DNA from: a virus
DNA: 64,000 nt
Strand: one strand, 5' to 3'
Virus record (IMG/VR): IMGVR_UViG_3300029286_000012
The translations under genes and the position numbers were made by a program. Below the pieces are notes generated by a model that saw only the letters and a program-made list of their open reading frames with translations, was not told the origin of the DNA and did not search any database. Below, in pieces: positions 39,223-47,291 of this stretch. The first letter of the stretch is position 1; every line of letters begins with the position of its first letter.

Positions 39223-40750
39223 ATTTAAGAAACCTGTAGTAAATGAAATAGATAGTAGAAGTTTATTTGGTGATTATGGTTCTGCCGCATTAAGGACAGG
39301 ACTAGGATCATTGGCCGGTAAAAATGTATTAAGCACCACTGACCAAATGGCTAAAGATGATTATATTACAAAATTCACAAGTCGTGCCCTTAGCGGATTA
39401 CAAAGTGCGATTAATGGCGGGTTAGTTGATCCTAATGCCGCAGGTCAAGGTGCTCAGACTACTGGACAAACTACTCCGCAAACAACTCAAACTACTCCAC
39501 AGACAACTCAAACTACACAACAAGACGAACTACCTAGTGCGGCTGATGCTATCGCACAAAAACGTATAGCCGCACAAAAAGCACAAGCAGATGCTATCAG
39601 AGAACCAGGAGCTTCTGAAGGTCCTAAGTATAATATTGATCCTAACAAACAAATGTCACCGTATAGCAAATTACCTGCTACCACACCAAAGACACCTGAA
39701 CAGATTAGACAAGAAAAACTTGCTGCCGCAACTCAAGCCGCACAAGGTCAGATGACAACAAAGGCACCGGCTGTAGCAGTAGATACACCAAAGACACCTG
39801 AACAGATTAGACAAGAAAAACTTGCTGCCGCAACTCAAGCCGCACAAGGTCAGATGAATCCTATGAACAAGTTACCGGCAGATCAGTTTGCCAAGAGTGC
39901 TGCCAATGTAAGACAACAACAGCAAAATGTTGCTACTCAAAATGCACAAGGTGAAATGTTACCAGTAAGTACATTACCCACAGACCAGTTTAACAAAAGT
40001 GCGACTAATGTAAGACAGAGAAAGCAATCAACTGCCAAAAAATCTGTTAAAAAATATAAGGACAATACTATTACGATGCCTAAGCGTAATGTAAAACCTA
40101 GAAATGCAGGTAAAAATGCATTTGGGCAGATAGCACAGAACTTAGGTAAGGTTGCTGAAGGTAGTCGTTTTGATAAGCTAAACTATATCTTTGAAACTAT
40201 TTTAGCTGAACAAGATCCTGCACAAAGCGGAACAAAACAAACTATCAGCCAATATATTACTAACTTCTTCAAACAGTTTATGAAGAATGTGGATATCAGT
40301 GATCCTACTGTAACGACTAATGTAGCATCATTGGCTAAAGAGTTAGAACAAACCTATGCAAAAGATAAAGGTAGAACAACTTTACCCAAGTTAGCTAACT
40401 TGGCATATTCTGTGAGTCATGCACAGCAGTTAAAAGATCCTGAAGCGGAACAAACTACAAAGCCTGCACTACCAACACCATCAACATCCACAACCACACC
40501 ACAAAATACTACTACTCAATCTACACAAGCTTCAACACAACAAGCTAAAATGACTGTTGCACAAATCACTAAGTTGATGCAAGGTTTATCTACTAGACAA
40601 AAACAATCTATATTGAAAAGCTTACAAAATGAGGTAGGCAAAACTTCACAACCTACTATTTCTGTCGGCAAACAAAAGAACAATAAAAAAACAGTTGACC
40701 CTTCAGATGCAAGATTGTTAGCTGTAGCAAAACAACAAGGTAAGATTTAA
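39209..40750 (+). CDS. Q/T/A-rich low-complexity protein, putative internal virion protein
   Basis: GTG start MKLNEF; internal repeats. Confidence 0.65.
   Translation: MKLNEFKKPVVNEIDSRSLFGDYGSAALRTGLGSLAGKNVLSTTDQMAKDDYITKFTSRALSGLQSAINGGLVDPNAAGQGAQTTGQTTPQTTQTTPQTTQTTQQDELPSAADAIAQKRIAAQKAQADAIREPGASEGPKYNIDPNKQMSPYSKLPATTPKTPEQIRQEKLAAATQAAQGQMTTKAPAVAVDTPKTPEQIRQEKLAAATQAAQGQMNPMNKLPADQFAKSAANVRQQQQNVATQNAQGEMLPVSTLPTDQFNKSATNVRQRKQSTAKKSVKKYKDNTITMPKRNVKPRNAGKNAFGQIAQNLGKVAEGSRFDKLNYIFETILAEQDPAQSGTKQTISQYITNFFKQFMKNVDISDPTVTTNVASLAKELEQTYAKDKGRTTLPKLANLAYSVSHAQQLKDPEAEQTTKPALPTPSTSTTTPQNTTTQSTQASTQQAKMTVAQITKLMQGLSTRQKQSILKSLQNEVGKTSQPTISVGKQKNNKKTVDPSDARLLAVAKQQGKI
39683..39857 (+). 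repeat. 73-bp perfect direct repeat (39683-39755, 39785-39857)
   Basis: encodes TPKTPEQIRQEKLAAATQAAQGQM twice; period 102 bp. Confidence 0.9.
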
Positions 40751-41905
40751 ATGAATCTATCCGAATCATTAGCTTATCTTAGAAATAAAGTAGATAGTAT
40801 TAACACTATCATTACAGAAGATAAAGGTCACTTGGATCACCCTGAAGATTTAATTTTCTTACGTGGTACACAAGGTGCCAATCAAGCTATACAAGCAATG
40901 GCTGATACTGTAGCTAAGCCTGAAAAGGTAACAATTAAATGGGACGGATATCCTGCATTAATTTTTGGACGTAATAGTAACGGGAAGTTTACTATATTAG
41001 ACAAGCATATGTTCAACAAGAAAGATGGTACTGGTCGTCAAGTATTCAGCCCAGAGCAGTTTGCACAATATGATATGGCACGTGGTGTAAATCGTTCAGA
41101 CTTACATCAATTAATTGCACAAATATGGCCTGGACTATCAAAAGCAGATAAAAGTAAGGGCTATTATTGGGGTGATTTATTGTTTAGTAAACCATTAGTA
41201 GAAAAGAACGGGCTATACACATTCAAAGCAAATCCTAAAGGTATTACATATACAGTAGATGCAAACAGTGATTTAGGTAAATTTTTAGATGGTAAAAATT
41301 CAGGGATAGTTGTGCATGGATATATTCCACCGGATGCATTAACAACCGATCAATCAACACCGTTAGATGGTACTATTGGCAATCTTAAGAATAATAGTGA
41401 TGTAGCTATATTACCTGCTAAAATGCCGATCACACCTAATTTGAAATTAAATTCAGCATTGTTTAAAAAAGCACAAGCATCTATACAAAAATATGGTCAG
41501 GCAGTAGAACAGTTAATGAGTACTGCACCTCAGGCAAGAAATACGTTTAATCAGTTATTCACTACTTACATTAATAAGCGTATTGTAGCCGGAGACTTGA
41601 ACGATTTATATGCAGGATTTATTGAATATGTTCAATCAAGACCAATGACTGATAAAATGCGTGAGAAAATAAGTCAACATTTAGAAGCCAATAAAGCAGG
41701 ATTGGTAGGTGCATTTACTATCTGGGTAGCTATATACAACCTCAAAATGAACATTGTAGACCAGCTTAATAAAGCCGCAAAAACAGCCCCTGTAAAAGGT
41801 TATTTAGATGATGGTACACAAACTCAAGAGGGTTTCGTGAGTCACGGTCTTAAATTTGTGGATAGAATGGGCTTTAGTCGTCAGAATTTGGCTGGAAGAC
41901 AATAG
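40751..41905 (+). CDS. ligase-like nucleotidyltransferase-fold protein (DUF6267-like)
   Basis: HLDHPED, TIKWDG (KxDG), WGDLLF, EGFV, LKFVDR. Confidence 0.6.
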   Translation: MNLSESLAYLRNKVDSINTIITEDKGHLDHPEDLIFLRGTQGANQAIQAMADTVAKPEKVTIKWDGYPALIFGRNSNGKFTILDKHMFNKKDGTGRQVFSPEQFAQYDMARGVNRSDLHQLIAQIWPGLSKADKSKGYYWGDLLFSKPLVEKNGLYTFKANPKGITYTVDANSDLGKFLDGKNSGIVVHGYIPPDALTTDQSTPLDGTIGNLKNNSDVAILPAKMPITPNLKLNSALFKKAQASIQKYGQAVEQLMSTAPQARNTFNQLFTTYINKRIVAGDLNDLYAGFIEYVQSRPMTDKMREKISQHLEANKAGLVGAFTIWVAIYNLKMNIVDQLNKAAKTAPVKGYLDDGTQTQEGFVSHGLKFVDRMGFSRQNLAGRQ

Positions 41906-41985
41906 CCAAAACCGACTTTTTTTATTGCCTGGCATAAATAATAGTATGAATCTATATGATTCAAACTTTTTAAAGGAATTTTATT

Positions 41986-42408
41986 ATGGCAGGTTTTACA
42001 AGAACACACGGCGATGCACAACCAGTATTCGCAATTGACGTACAAAATGGTCCAGTAGCTCCAGACACGGCAGCTAACGGCACGACTACTAACTTATATG
42101 GTCCAGCGTTAGACTTCTTCGGTTTTGACTTAGGCGCCGCTCCTACAACACAACTTGGTGTTGATGAAATGGTTGCACAAGTTATGGTTTCTATTGAGCA
42201 ATTAGCTACAGTTGCAATCTATGCAGTTCAAGCTACAACAAGTACAACTAATATGTCTGTTGCTGTTTATCCAGTTGGCGCATATACAGCGGCTGCACTA
42301 CAAGCACAAGTTCGTGCTTTAGGCACAGTTAATGGTTATGACCTAAGCGGTGCTGTTGTAACAAACGTTGGTTTCCGTTTAGCTTCTACAGCTACAAGCG
42401 CAAGCTAA
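41986..42408 (+). CDS. small, probably abundant virion structural protein
   Basis: own late promoter (CATAAATA 41933-40), AAGGA SD, A/T/G/V-rich sequence, strong terminator downstream. Confidence 0.6.
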   Translation: MAGFTRTHGDAQPVFAIDVQNGPVAPDTAANGTTTNLYGPALDFFGFDLGAAPTTQLGVDEMVAQVMVSIEQLATVAIYAVQATTSTTNMSVAVYPVGAYTAAALQAQVRALGTVNGYDLSGAVVTNVGFRLASTATSAS

Positions 42409-42428
42409 TCAGAAGTTTAACTTCAAAG

Positions 42429-42458
42429 AAATCCGAGATTTATTCTCGGATTTTTTTT
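42429..42458 (+). terminator. Rho-independent terminator
   Basis: AATCCGAGA-tttat-TCTCGGATT followed by a T run. Confidence 0.88.
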
Positions 42459-42474
42459 GCCTCTAAATACAAGT

Positions 42475-42930
42475 ATGAGTTTTAAAGTAAGCTGTTATAC
42501 ATTGTTTGATATTACACAGACTGGTATTGTCAATCGTTCTAAACCAGGAATGGATGATGATCCTGAAGTTTGGCTACATAACAGAAATACACAGTGTAAT
42601 TTTGATACTATTATACAGGCTGTTTCATTACGTAGTCAGCCAGAAAACATCACAACACCAATCTTCAATAAGATTAAGTTTGATGAGTTTGAGAATTTTG
42701 GATTTTTGTTAGAGGATAACGAGCAAATAATTTGCTGGACCTTTGATTTTGATATTCAACATCCTAGTGTGTTTAATGATGGTACTTCTGATTTGGGTGC
42801 ATTATACTCTGATTGTGATAGTGTTCCTATGATTAAAACTAAAAATGCTTGGGATAAATTACCTGCGTTTTTAGATTCATCAGATGAATTACGAAATATT
42901 TATTTTAAGGTGTTATACAATGAGAATTGA
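42475..42930 (+). CDS. conserved hypothetical protein
   Basis: CTAAATA late box then ATG 42475; TLFDIT.TG, RNTQCNFDT..Q..SLRSQP. Confidence 0.7.
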   Translation: MSFKVSCYTLFDITQTGIVNRSKPGMDDDPEVWLHNRNTQCNFDTIIQAVSLRSQPENITTPIFNKIKFDEFENFGFLLEDNEQIICWTFDFDIQHPSVFNDGTSDLGALYSDCDSVPMIKTKNAWDKLPAFLDSSDELRNIYFKVLYNEN

Positions 42931-43402
42931 TGTTAATAAAATTGATAGAAAACTAGATAAAATGATATCAAATTCAGAATTTGCTAAATTGCAAGATGTT
43001 GTAATTTTTAAAGATATTGACGGTACATACAGTTTGTTTAACAAATATCATATTAAAAAGAAAGATGCAAATGACATTGTTGTGTCGTTAAATAACGGCG
43101 ATGACGTTAACTCCTTTTTTAGTATAAAGAATGCAGTATGCTGGTGTGTTTTGGATAAAATAGGTAAATACCAGTTAGCAAATAGAGTTATTGATTTGGA
43201 TATGCATTTAAGTAGCGTAGAAGTACATATCTCCATTCATTCCAAACTGTTCAAAAAAGCCAAAAAAACAGAGGATAAATTGATATATCTTGCTAAATTG
43301 AATGAAGATAAGTTTCAAAAAAAAGCCATGAGTGATGAACTAAATCAATATATAGCAAATTCATATGCTTGGCAACAGAAAAGATTTGATTCAAAATCCT
43401 AA
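42920..43402 (+). CDS. hypothetical protein
   Basis: AAGGTG SD before ATG 42920. Confidence 0.65.
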   Translation: MRIDVNKIDRKLDKMISNSEFAKLQDVVIFKDIDGTYSLFNKYHIKKKDANDIVVSLNNGDDVNSFFSIKNAVCWCVLDKIGKYQLANRVIDLDMHLSSVEVHISIHSKLFKKAKKTEDKLIYLAKLNEDKFQKKAMSDELNQYIANSYAWQQKRFDSKS

Positions 43403-43451
43403 CAATAAATGAAAAAAGATAAATACTTTATATTAGTCTTGGAATACAACT

Positions 43452-44153
43452 ATGAAATTAACTGATTTTGACAAAAACCCAATAGAGAACGCTACTAAAG
43501 CGTTAAAAGAGCATTATGACGTTCCGTTTAATGTTCGTAAAATGTCGTATGCTCAATCAAGAGACATGCTTAATAAAGTTCGCGGCCTAATGACTGAAAC
43601 AAAGAAATCTACAGGTTTCTATGAAAGTCAACAGAATTCTTCATACCTAAAACTTGTGTTTATGGAACAAGCACTGAGTAAGCATTTTGCTGAAATCAGT
43701 CTACGTAAGCCACGTATCGTTGTAGAGAACGAAGAAGTTGAAAAGTCACAGGTTGTTTTGGCAGCGCAAGATTTAGTAGACCAAGTTCAGAAAATGGTTG
43801 AAGAAGTTAGTGATATGTTAGTAAAAGAATTACCGGCATTAACAGACTCAGTTCAATCTGAGATTGGTGTTAACGAAAGTGAAACATTCAATCAACAAGT
43901 TTCTGAAGCATTAACTTCATTACAAGCCGCATTGACACAAAGTCAAGCAACATTGAAAACAGCATTGAATGGCATCACCGGTCAAGGTGGTACTGAAGCG
44001 TTTGATGCGGGTGGTGATATGGCAGGTGGTGAGATGGGTGCTGAACTCGATGTTGAAGAACCACTACCAGGTGGTGGCGAAGAAGAAATGGACATTGGCA
44101 TCGAAGCTCCTGAAGAAGAGCCTCTAGGTGGTGTTGGTCGTCCTAAGAGATAA
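43452..44153 (+). CDS. acidic helical protein, possible prohead core/scaffold component
   Basis: late box upstream; MKLTDF leader; acidic Gly-rich tail ending GRPKR. Confidence 0.5.
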   Translation: MKLTDFDKNPIENATKALKEHYDVPFNVRKMSYAQSRDMLNKVRGLMTETKKSTGFYESQQNSSYLKLVFMEQALSKHFAEISLRKPRIVVENEEVEKSQVVLAAQDLVDQVQKMVEEVSDMLVKELPALTDSVQSEIGVNESETFNQQVSEALTSLQAALTQSQATLKTALNGITGQGGTEAFDAGGDMAGGEMGAELDVEEPLPGGGEEEMDIGIEAPEEEPLGGVGRPKR

Positions 44154-44155
44154 TC

Positions 44156-44485
44156 ATGCGATTATATGAGTTTGCCGGTAGTCCACTATTAATTAGACTT
44201 GTCGCCGCAACTAGTCAGCTTAAAAGTGAGATTGACTCGGGTGAAGTTCATAGTGATTGGACTGTTCCAGAATTGTTGCAATACTACAGAGATAATGATA
44301 TAGTTATTGATAAGTCTGACTTATATAATATGATTAAAAATCCTCCACTAAACAAGAGTATAGCAAACATTCAGGGCGATAATGTTATTTTTAAGGGTAG
44401 TGAGCCTGCTCCGGCAGCACAGCCTGACGAGAATCAAAAAATCGTAGCACAAATGGCTCAAAATGCAATGCAACAACCGCAATGA
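44156..44485 (+). CDS. conserved hypothetical protein
   Basis: MRLYEF leader; coupled in late operon. Confidence 0.7.
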   Translation: MRLYEFAGSPLLIRLVAATSQLKSEIDSGEVHSDWTVPELLQYYRDNDIVIDKSDLYNMIKNPPLNKSIANIQGDNVIFKGSEPAPAAQPDENQKIVAQMAQNAMQQPQ

Positions 44486-44802
44486 TTAGTATAACCGACA
44501 AAGCGTCAAAAAAAATACAACAGACAATACAAAAACGGGGCAAAGGTCTTGGCATTCGTATAGGTGTAAAAACTACAGGATGCTCAGGTCTTGCTTATGT
44601 GCTTGAATATGTTGATAACCCACTAGAATACGATATTAAAGTAGACTGCAATGGTTGTACTTTATACGTCGATCCAAAAAGTTGTGCATACGTTCAAGGT
44701 ATGATTATTGACTATGCACGTAATGGGTTGAATGAAGGGTTTGAGTTTCAAAACCCAAACGAACGTGATAAATGTGGTTGTGGGGAAAGTTTTAGAGTGT
44801 GA
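44482..44802 (+). CDS. iscA: A-type Fe-S cluster carrier protein
   Basis: TTGCSGLAY, GLNEGFEF.NPN, CGCGESF. Confidence 0.95.
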   Translation: MISITDKASKKIQQTIQKRGKGLGIRIGVKTTGCSGLAYVLEYVDNPLEYDIKVDCNGCTLYVDPKSCAYVQGMIIDYARNGLNEGFEFQNPNERDKCGCGESFRV

Positions 44803-45698
44803 AACATTTAGTAACAGTAACTTGTAATAAGGAACGTCATTTAATGTTATTGCAAGCTGAAAGCATACATAAATTTTTAGAACCATGTTGTCATTGGGTT
44901 ATAGTAAATGAAAAAATAACTGACATAGAAGCGTGGGAAGAATTACTGAGTCCCTTTTATAGCAGACATGAGTTAAAGATTATATCACAGCAACAACTGT
45001 TTGAAAATAAAGAAAATATATATGGTCATTTTACTCAGCAAGTATGCAAGCTTGAAATAGCAAACTTAATTAAAGATGACTATTTAATATTAGATAGTAA
45101 AAATTTCTTCATAAAGCCATCTAACATAGATGAATGGGATAATTATATAGGCTCAGGCATTATAGAATTTGTAAATGAACCTCCCGACAATTACCTTGAC
45201 TATCAACCATATAAAAATGGAAATGATAAAAGTTGGGTAGATGCTATAGCACAGTATAAAAATATGCTGGATTTAAAGGTAACACCTTTATATTTTTTAA
45301 AACCAGAAACACCGTTTAAGATAGAATACGAAGTATTGAAAAATTCTAATATACTAGATGACATTTTTTATAAACTTCTATTCATCGATGGTCGTAAGAT
45401 AAATTATGGTATAAGTGAATTTATTTTATATTCTTTTTTAGCATATGATAAAATTGACCTGGGAAAAAATACAATAATTGATTACAATCATATAAAAAAT
45501 AAACATATTTCATGTTCCCCTTCTAGTTTTGATTTATTTTTAGATGAAAATTTTTCAGTTGATAAACTAATTACGATAAATGATAGAGTAAAGATATTTG
45601 GCTTTCACCGTAGATTTTTAAAAAATTGCGGCCCTAAACAAATCAAACAGATAAACGAGTATCTAAAAATTCTTGGATTTAACTTTCAATACAACTAA
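44799..45698 (+). CDS. putative glycosyltransferase-like protein (DUF6492-like)
   Basis: QQVCKL, YLILDSKNFFIKP, TPF, SEFILY. Confidence 0.5.
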   Translation: MKHLVTVTCNKERHLMLLQAESIHKFLEPCCHWVIVNEKITDIEAWEELLSPFYSRHELKIISQQQLFENKENIYGHFTQQVCKLEIANLIKDDYLILDSKNFFIKPSNIDEWDNYIGSGIIEFVNEPPDNYLDYQPYKNGNDKSWVDAIAQYKNMLDLKVTPLYFLKPETPFKIEYEVLKNSNILDDIFYKLLFIDGRKINYGISEFILYSFLAYDKIDLGKNTIIDYNHIKNKHISCSPSSFDLFLDENFSVDKLITINDRVKIFGFHRRFLKNCGPKQIKQINEYLKILGFNFQYN

Positions 45699-45703
45699 TA
45701 GTC

Positions 45704-46513
45704 ATGTCTAAAACTATATACGTAATTGGTGACAGTTTTTCAGCAGGTGCAGAATTAGAAGACCACACATTTAATTCATTTTATAAATTTAATCCCAAAA
45801 ATACTACCGAATATTATAAATGGTTAACAAGTAAAGATTATCAAATTGAGCTAGAATCTAGGAAAAATTATGACAAATATGAGTATGAATTGAAAAGAGC
45901 ATGGCCTGCCAAATTAGCATCACTTGCTAATGTCAATATGATTAATCATTCATTCGGTGGTTCTGGTCCAGCAATGTGGAGAGCTAAAGTTTTTTTAGAT
46001 TTGTTAAATTTTAAAAAAAATAATATTAAAGTAGATACTGCAATAATACAAATTTCAGAATACACTAGAGATTGTATATTTGACACACTACCAAATGGTG
46101 CACGAACCACTTATAATAATATAGGAATACAAAAATTATTAAATGGCTCATCAATTGAAAAGATATATTTAAAACTTAGATTAAAACTAGAATCAGAATA
46201 TGGATATTTTTTTAGATTTTTGTTAGATTTAGCATCTATTAAGACAAGTTTACTAAATTTTGGAATAACGGAAATCGAAATAATTTCTCATAGTTCATCT
46301 ACTCTCAACGATTGGAAAAACTTAGAATTTATAAATAATCCTGATATTCAATCACTATTAAGTTATTTAGGAATTAATTTAGACATACCTATCACCGCTA
46401 TATGGGAATATACTAAAACTAATCCCTTACCACCTATTCTACCTAATTCTCATTATCCAGAATATATACACGATGATTTTGCAAAACTTATGAAATCTAA
46501 ACTAAATTTATAA
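45704..46513 (+). CDS. SGNH/GDSL-like hydrolase or acyltransferase
   Basis: IGDSFSAG block I, AWP..LA, INHSFGGSG, C-terminal SHY. Confidence 0.65.
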   Translation: MSKTIYVIGDSFSAGAELEDHTFNSFYKFNPKNTTEYYKWLTSKDYQIELESRKNYDKYEYELKRAWPAKLASLANVNMINHSFGGSGPAMWRAKVFLDLLNFKKNNIKVDTAIIQISEYTRDCIFDTLPNGARTTYNNIGIQKLLNGSSIEKIYLKLRLKLESEYGYFFRFLLDLASIKTSLLNFGITEIEIISHSSSTLNDWKNLEFINNPDIQSLLSYLGINLDIPITAIWEYTKTNPLPPILPNSHYPEYIHDDFAKLMKSKLNL

Positions 46514-46561
46514 TTATCCCTTTACTCTTTACAATTTATAACAATAATGTATAATAACACA

Positions 46562-47248
46562 ATGTACATTCCAAACAAATATAATTACACACCCTTACTA
46601 AGGGAAACAATAAATGGCTCACGCAAATACGCTACACCTGACGGTGAAAAACTCCCAAGTGTCACTACTATATTAGATGCTACTAAAAGTGAAGAATCTA
46701 AACAAGCACTCAACAATTGGCGTAAACGAGTTGGTGTTCAGAAAGCACAAGAAATCACAACAGAAGCCGCAGGTCGTGGGACACGAATGCACAAGTGGCT
46801 TGAAGATTACATTAAGACAGGAGTACTCAATGAGCCCGGAAGCAATCCGTATAGCTTGCAAAGCCATAAAATGGCCCAATCAATCATTAATCAAGGTCTT
46901 GTTAAATGCAGTGAATATTGGGGTACAGAAGTTCCTCTCTATTATCCGAAAGTTTATGCAGGGACGACAGACTTAGTAGGTGTACACGATGGTAGTGACG
47001 CTATTATGGACCATAAACAAACAAACAAGCCCAAAAAACGTGAATGGATTGATGATTACTTTGTTCAGTTAGCGGCTTATGCTAATGCACACAATGAAGT
47101 TCACGGGACAAAGATACGTAAAGGTGTCATTTTTATGTGTTCTGCTGATAACCTCTATCAGGAATTCATATTAGAAGGACCTGAGTTTGTCAAGTATACT
47201 GACATTTGGTTCAATCGGGTTGAACAATACTATATGAAGTTCTTATAA
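46562..47248 (+). CDS. PD-(D/E)XK exonuclease
   Basis: LPSVTTIL, RGTRMH, YAGTTDL, IMDHKQT, QLAAYA. Confidence 0.88.
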   Translation: MYIPNKYNYTPLLRETINGSRKYATPDGEKLPSVTTILDATKSEESKQALNNWRKRVGVQKAQEITTEAAGRGTRMHKWLEDYIKTGVLNEPGSNPYSLQSHKMAQSIINQGLVKCSEYWGTEVPLYYPKVYAGTTDLVGVHDGSDAIMDHKQTNKPKKREWIDDYFVQLAAYANAHNEVHGTKIRKGVIFMCSADNLYQEFILEGPEFVKYTDIWFNRVEQYYMKFL

Positions 47249-47291
47249 TGTTTTAAGATAAATAAGTGTAAATCTTCAAAGAATTACACTT

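Noticed and set aside
39683-39857. CRISPR-like repeat-spacer-repeat
   Set aside because: Only two 73-bp copies, in frame inside a CDS, with no cas operon
46562-47248. Cas4 / CRISPR adaptation gene
   Set aside because: Lacks the Cas4 four-Cys cluster pattern; looks like the common phage PD-(D/E)XK exonuclease
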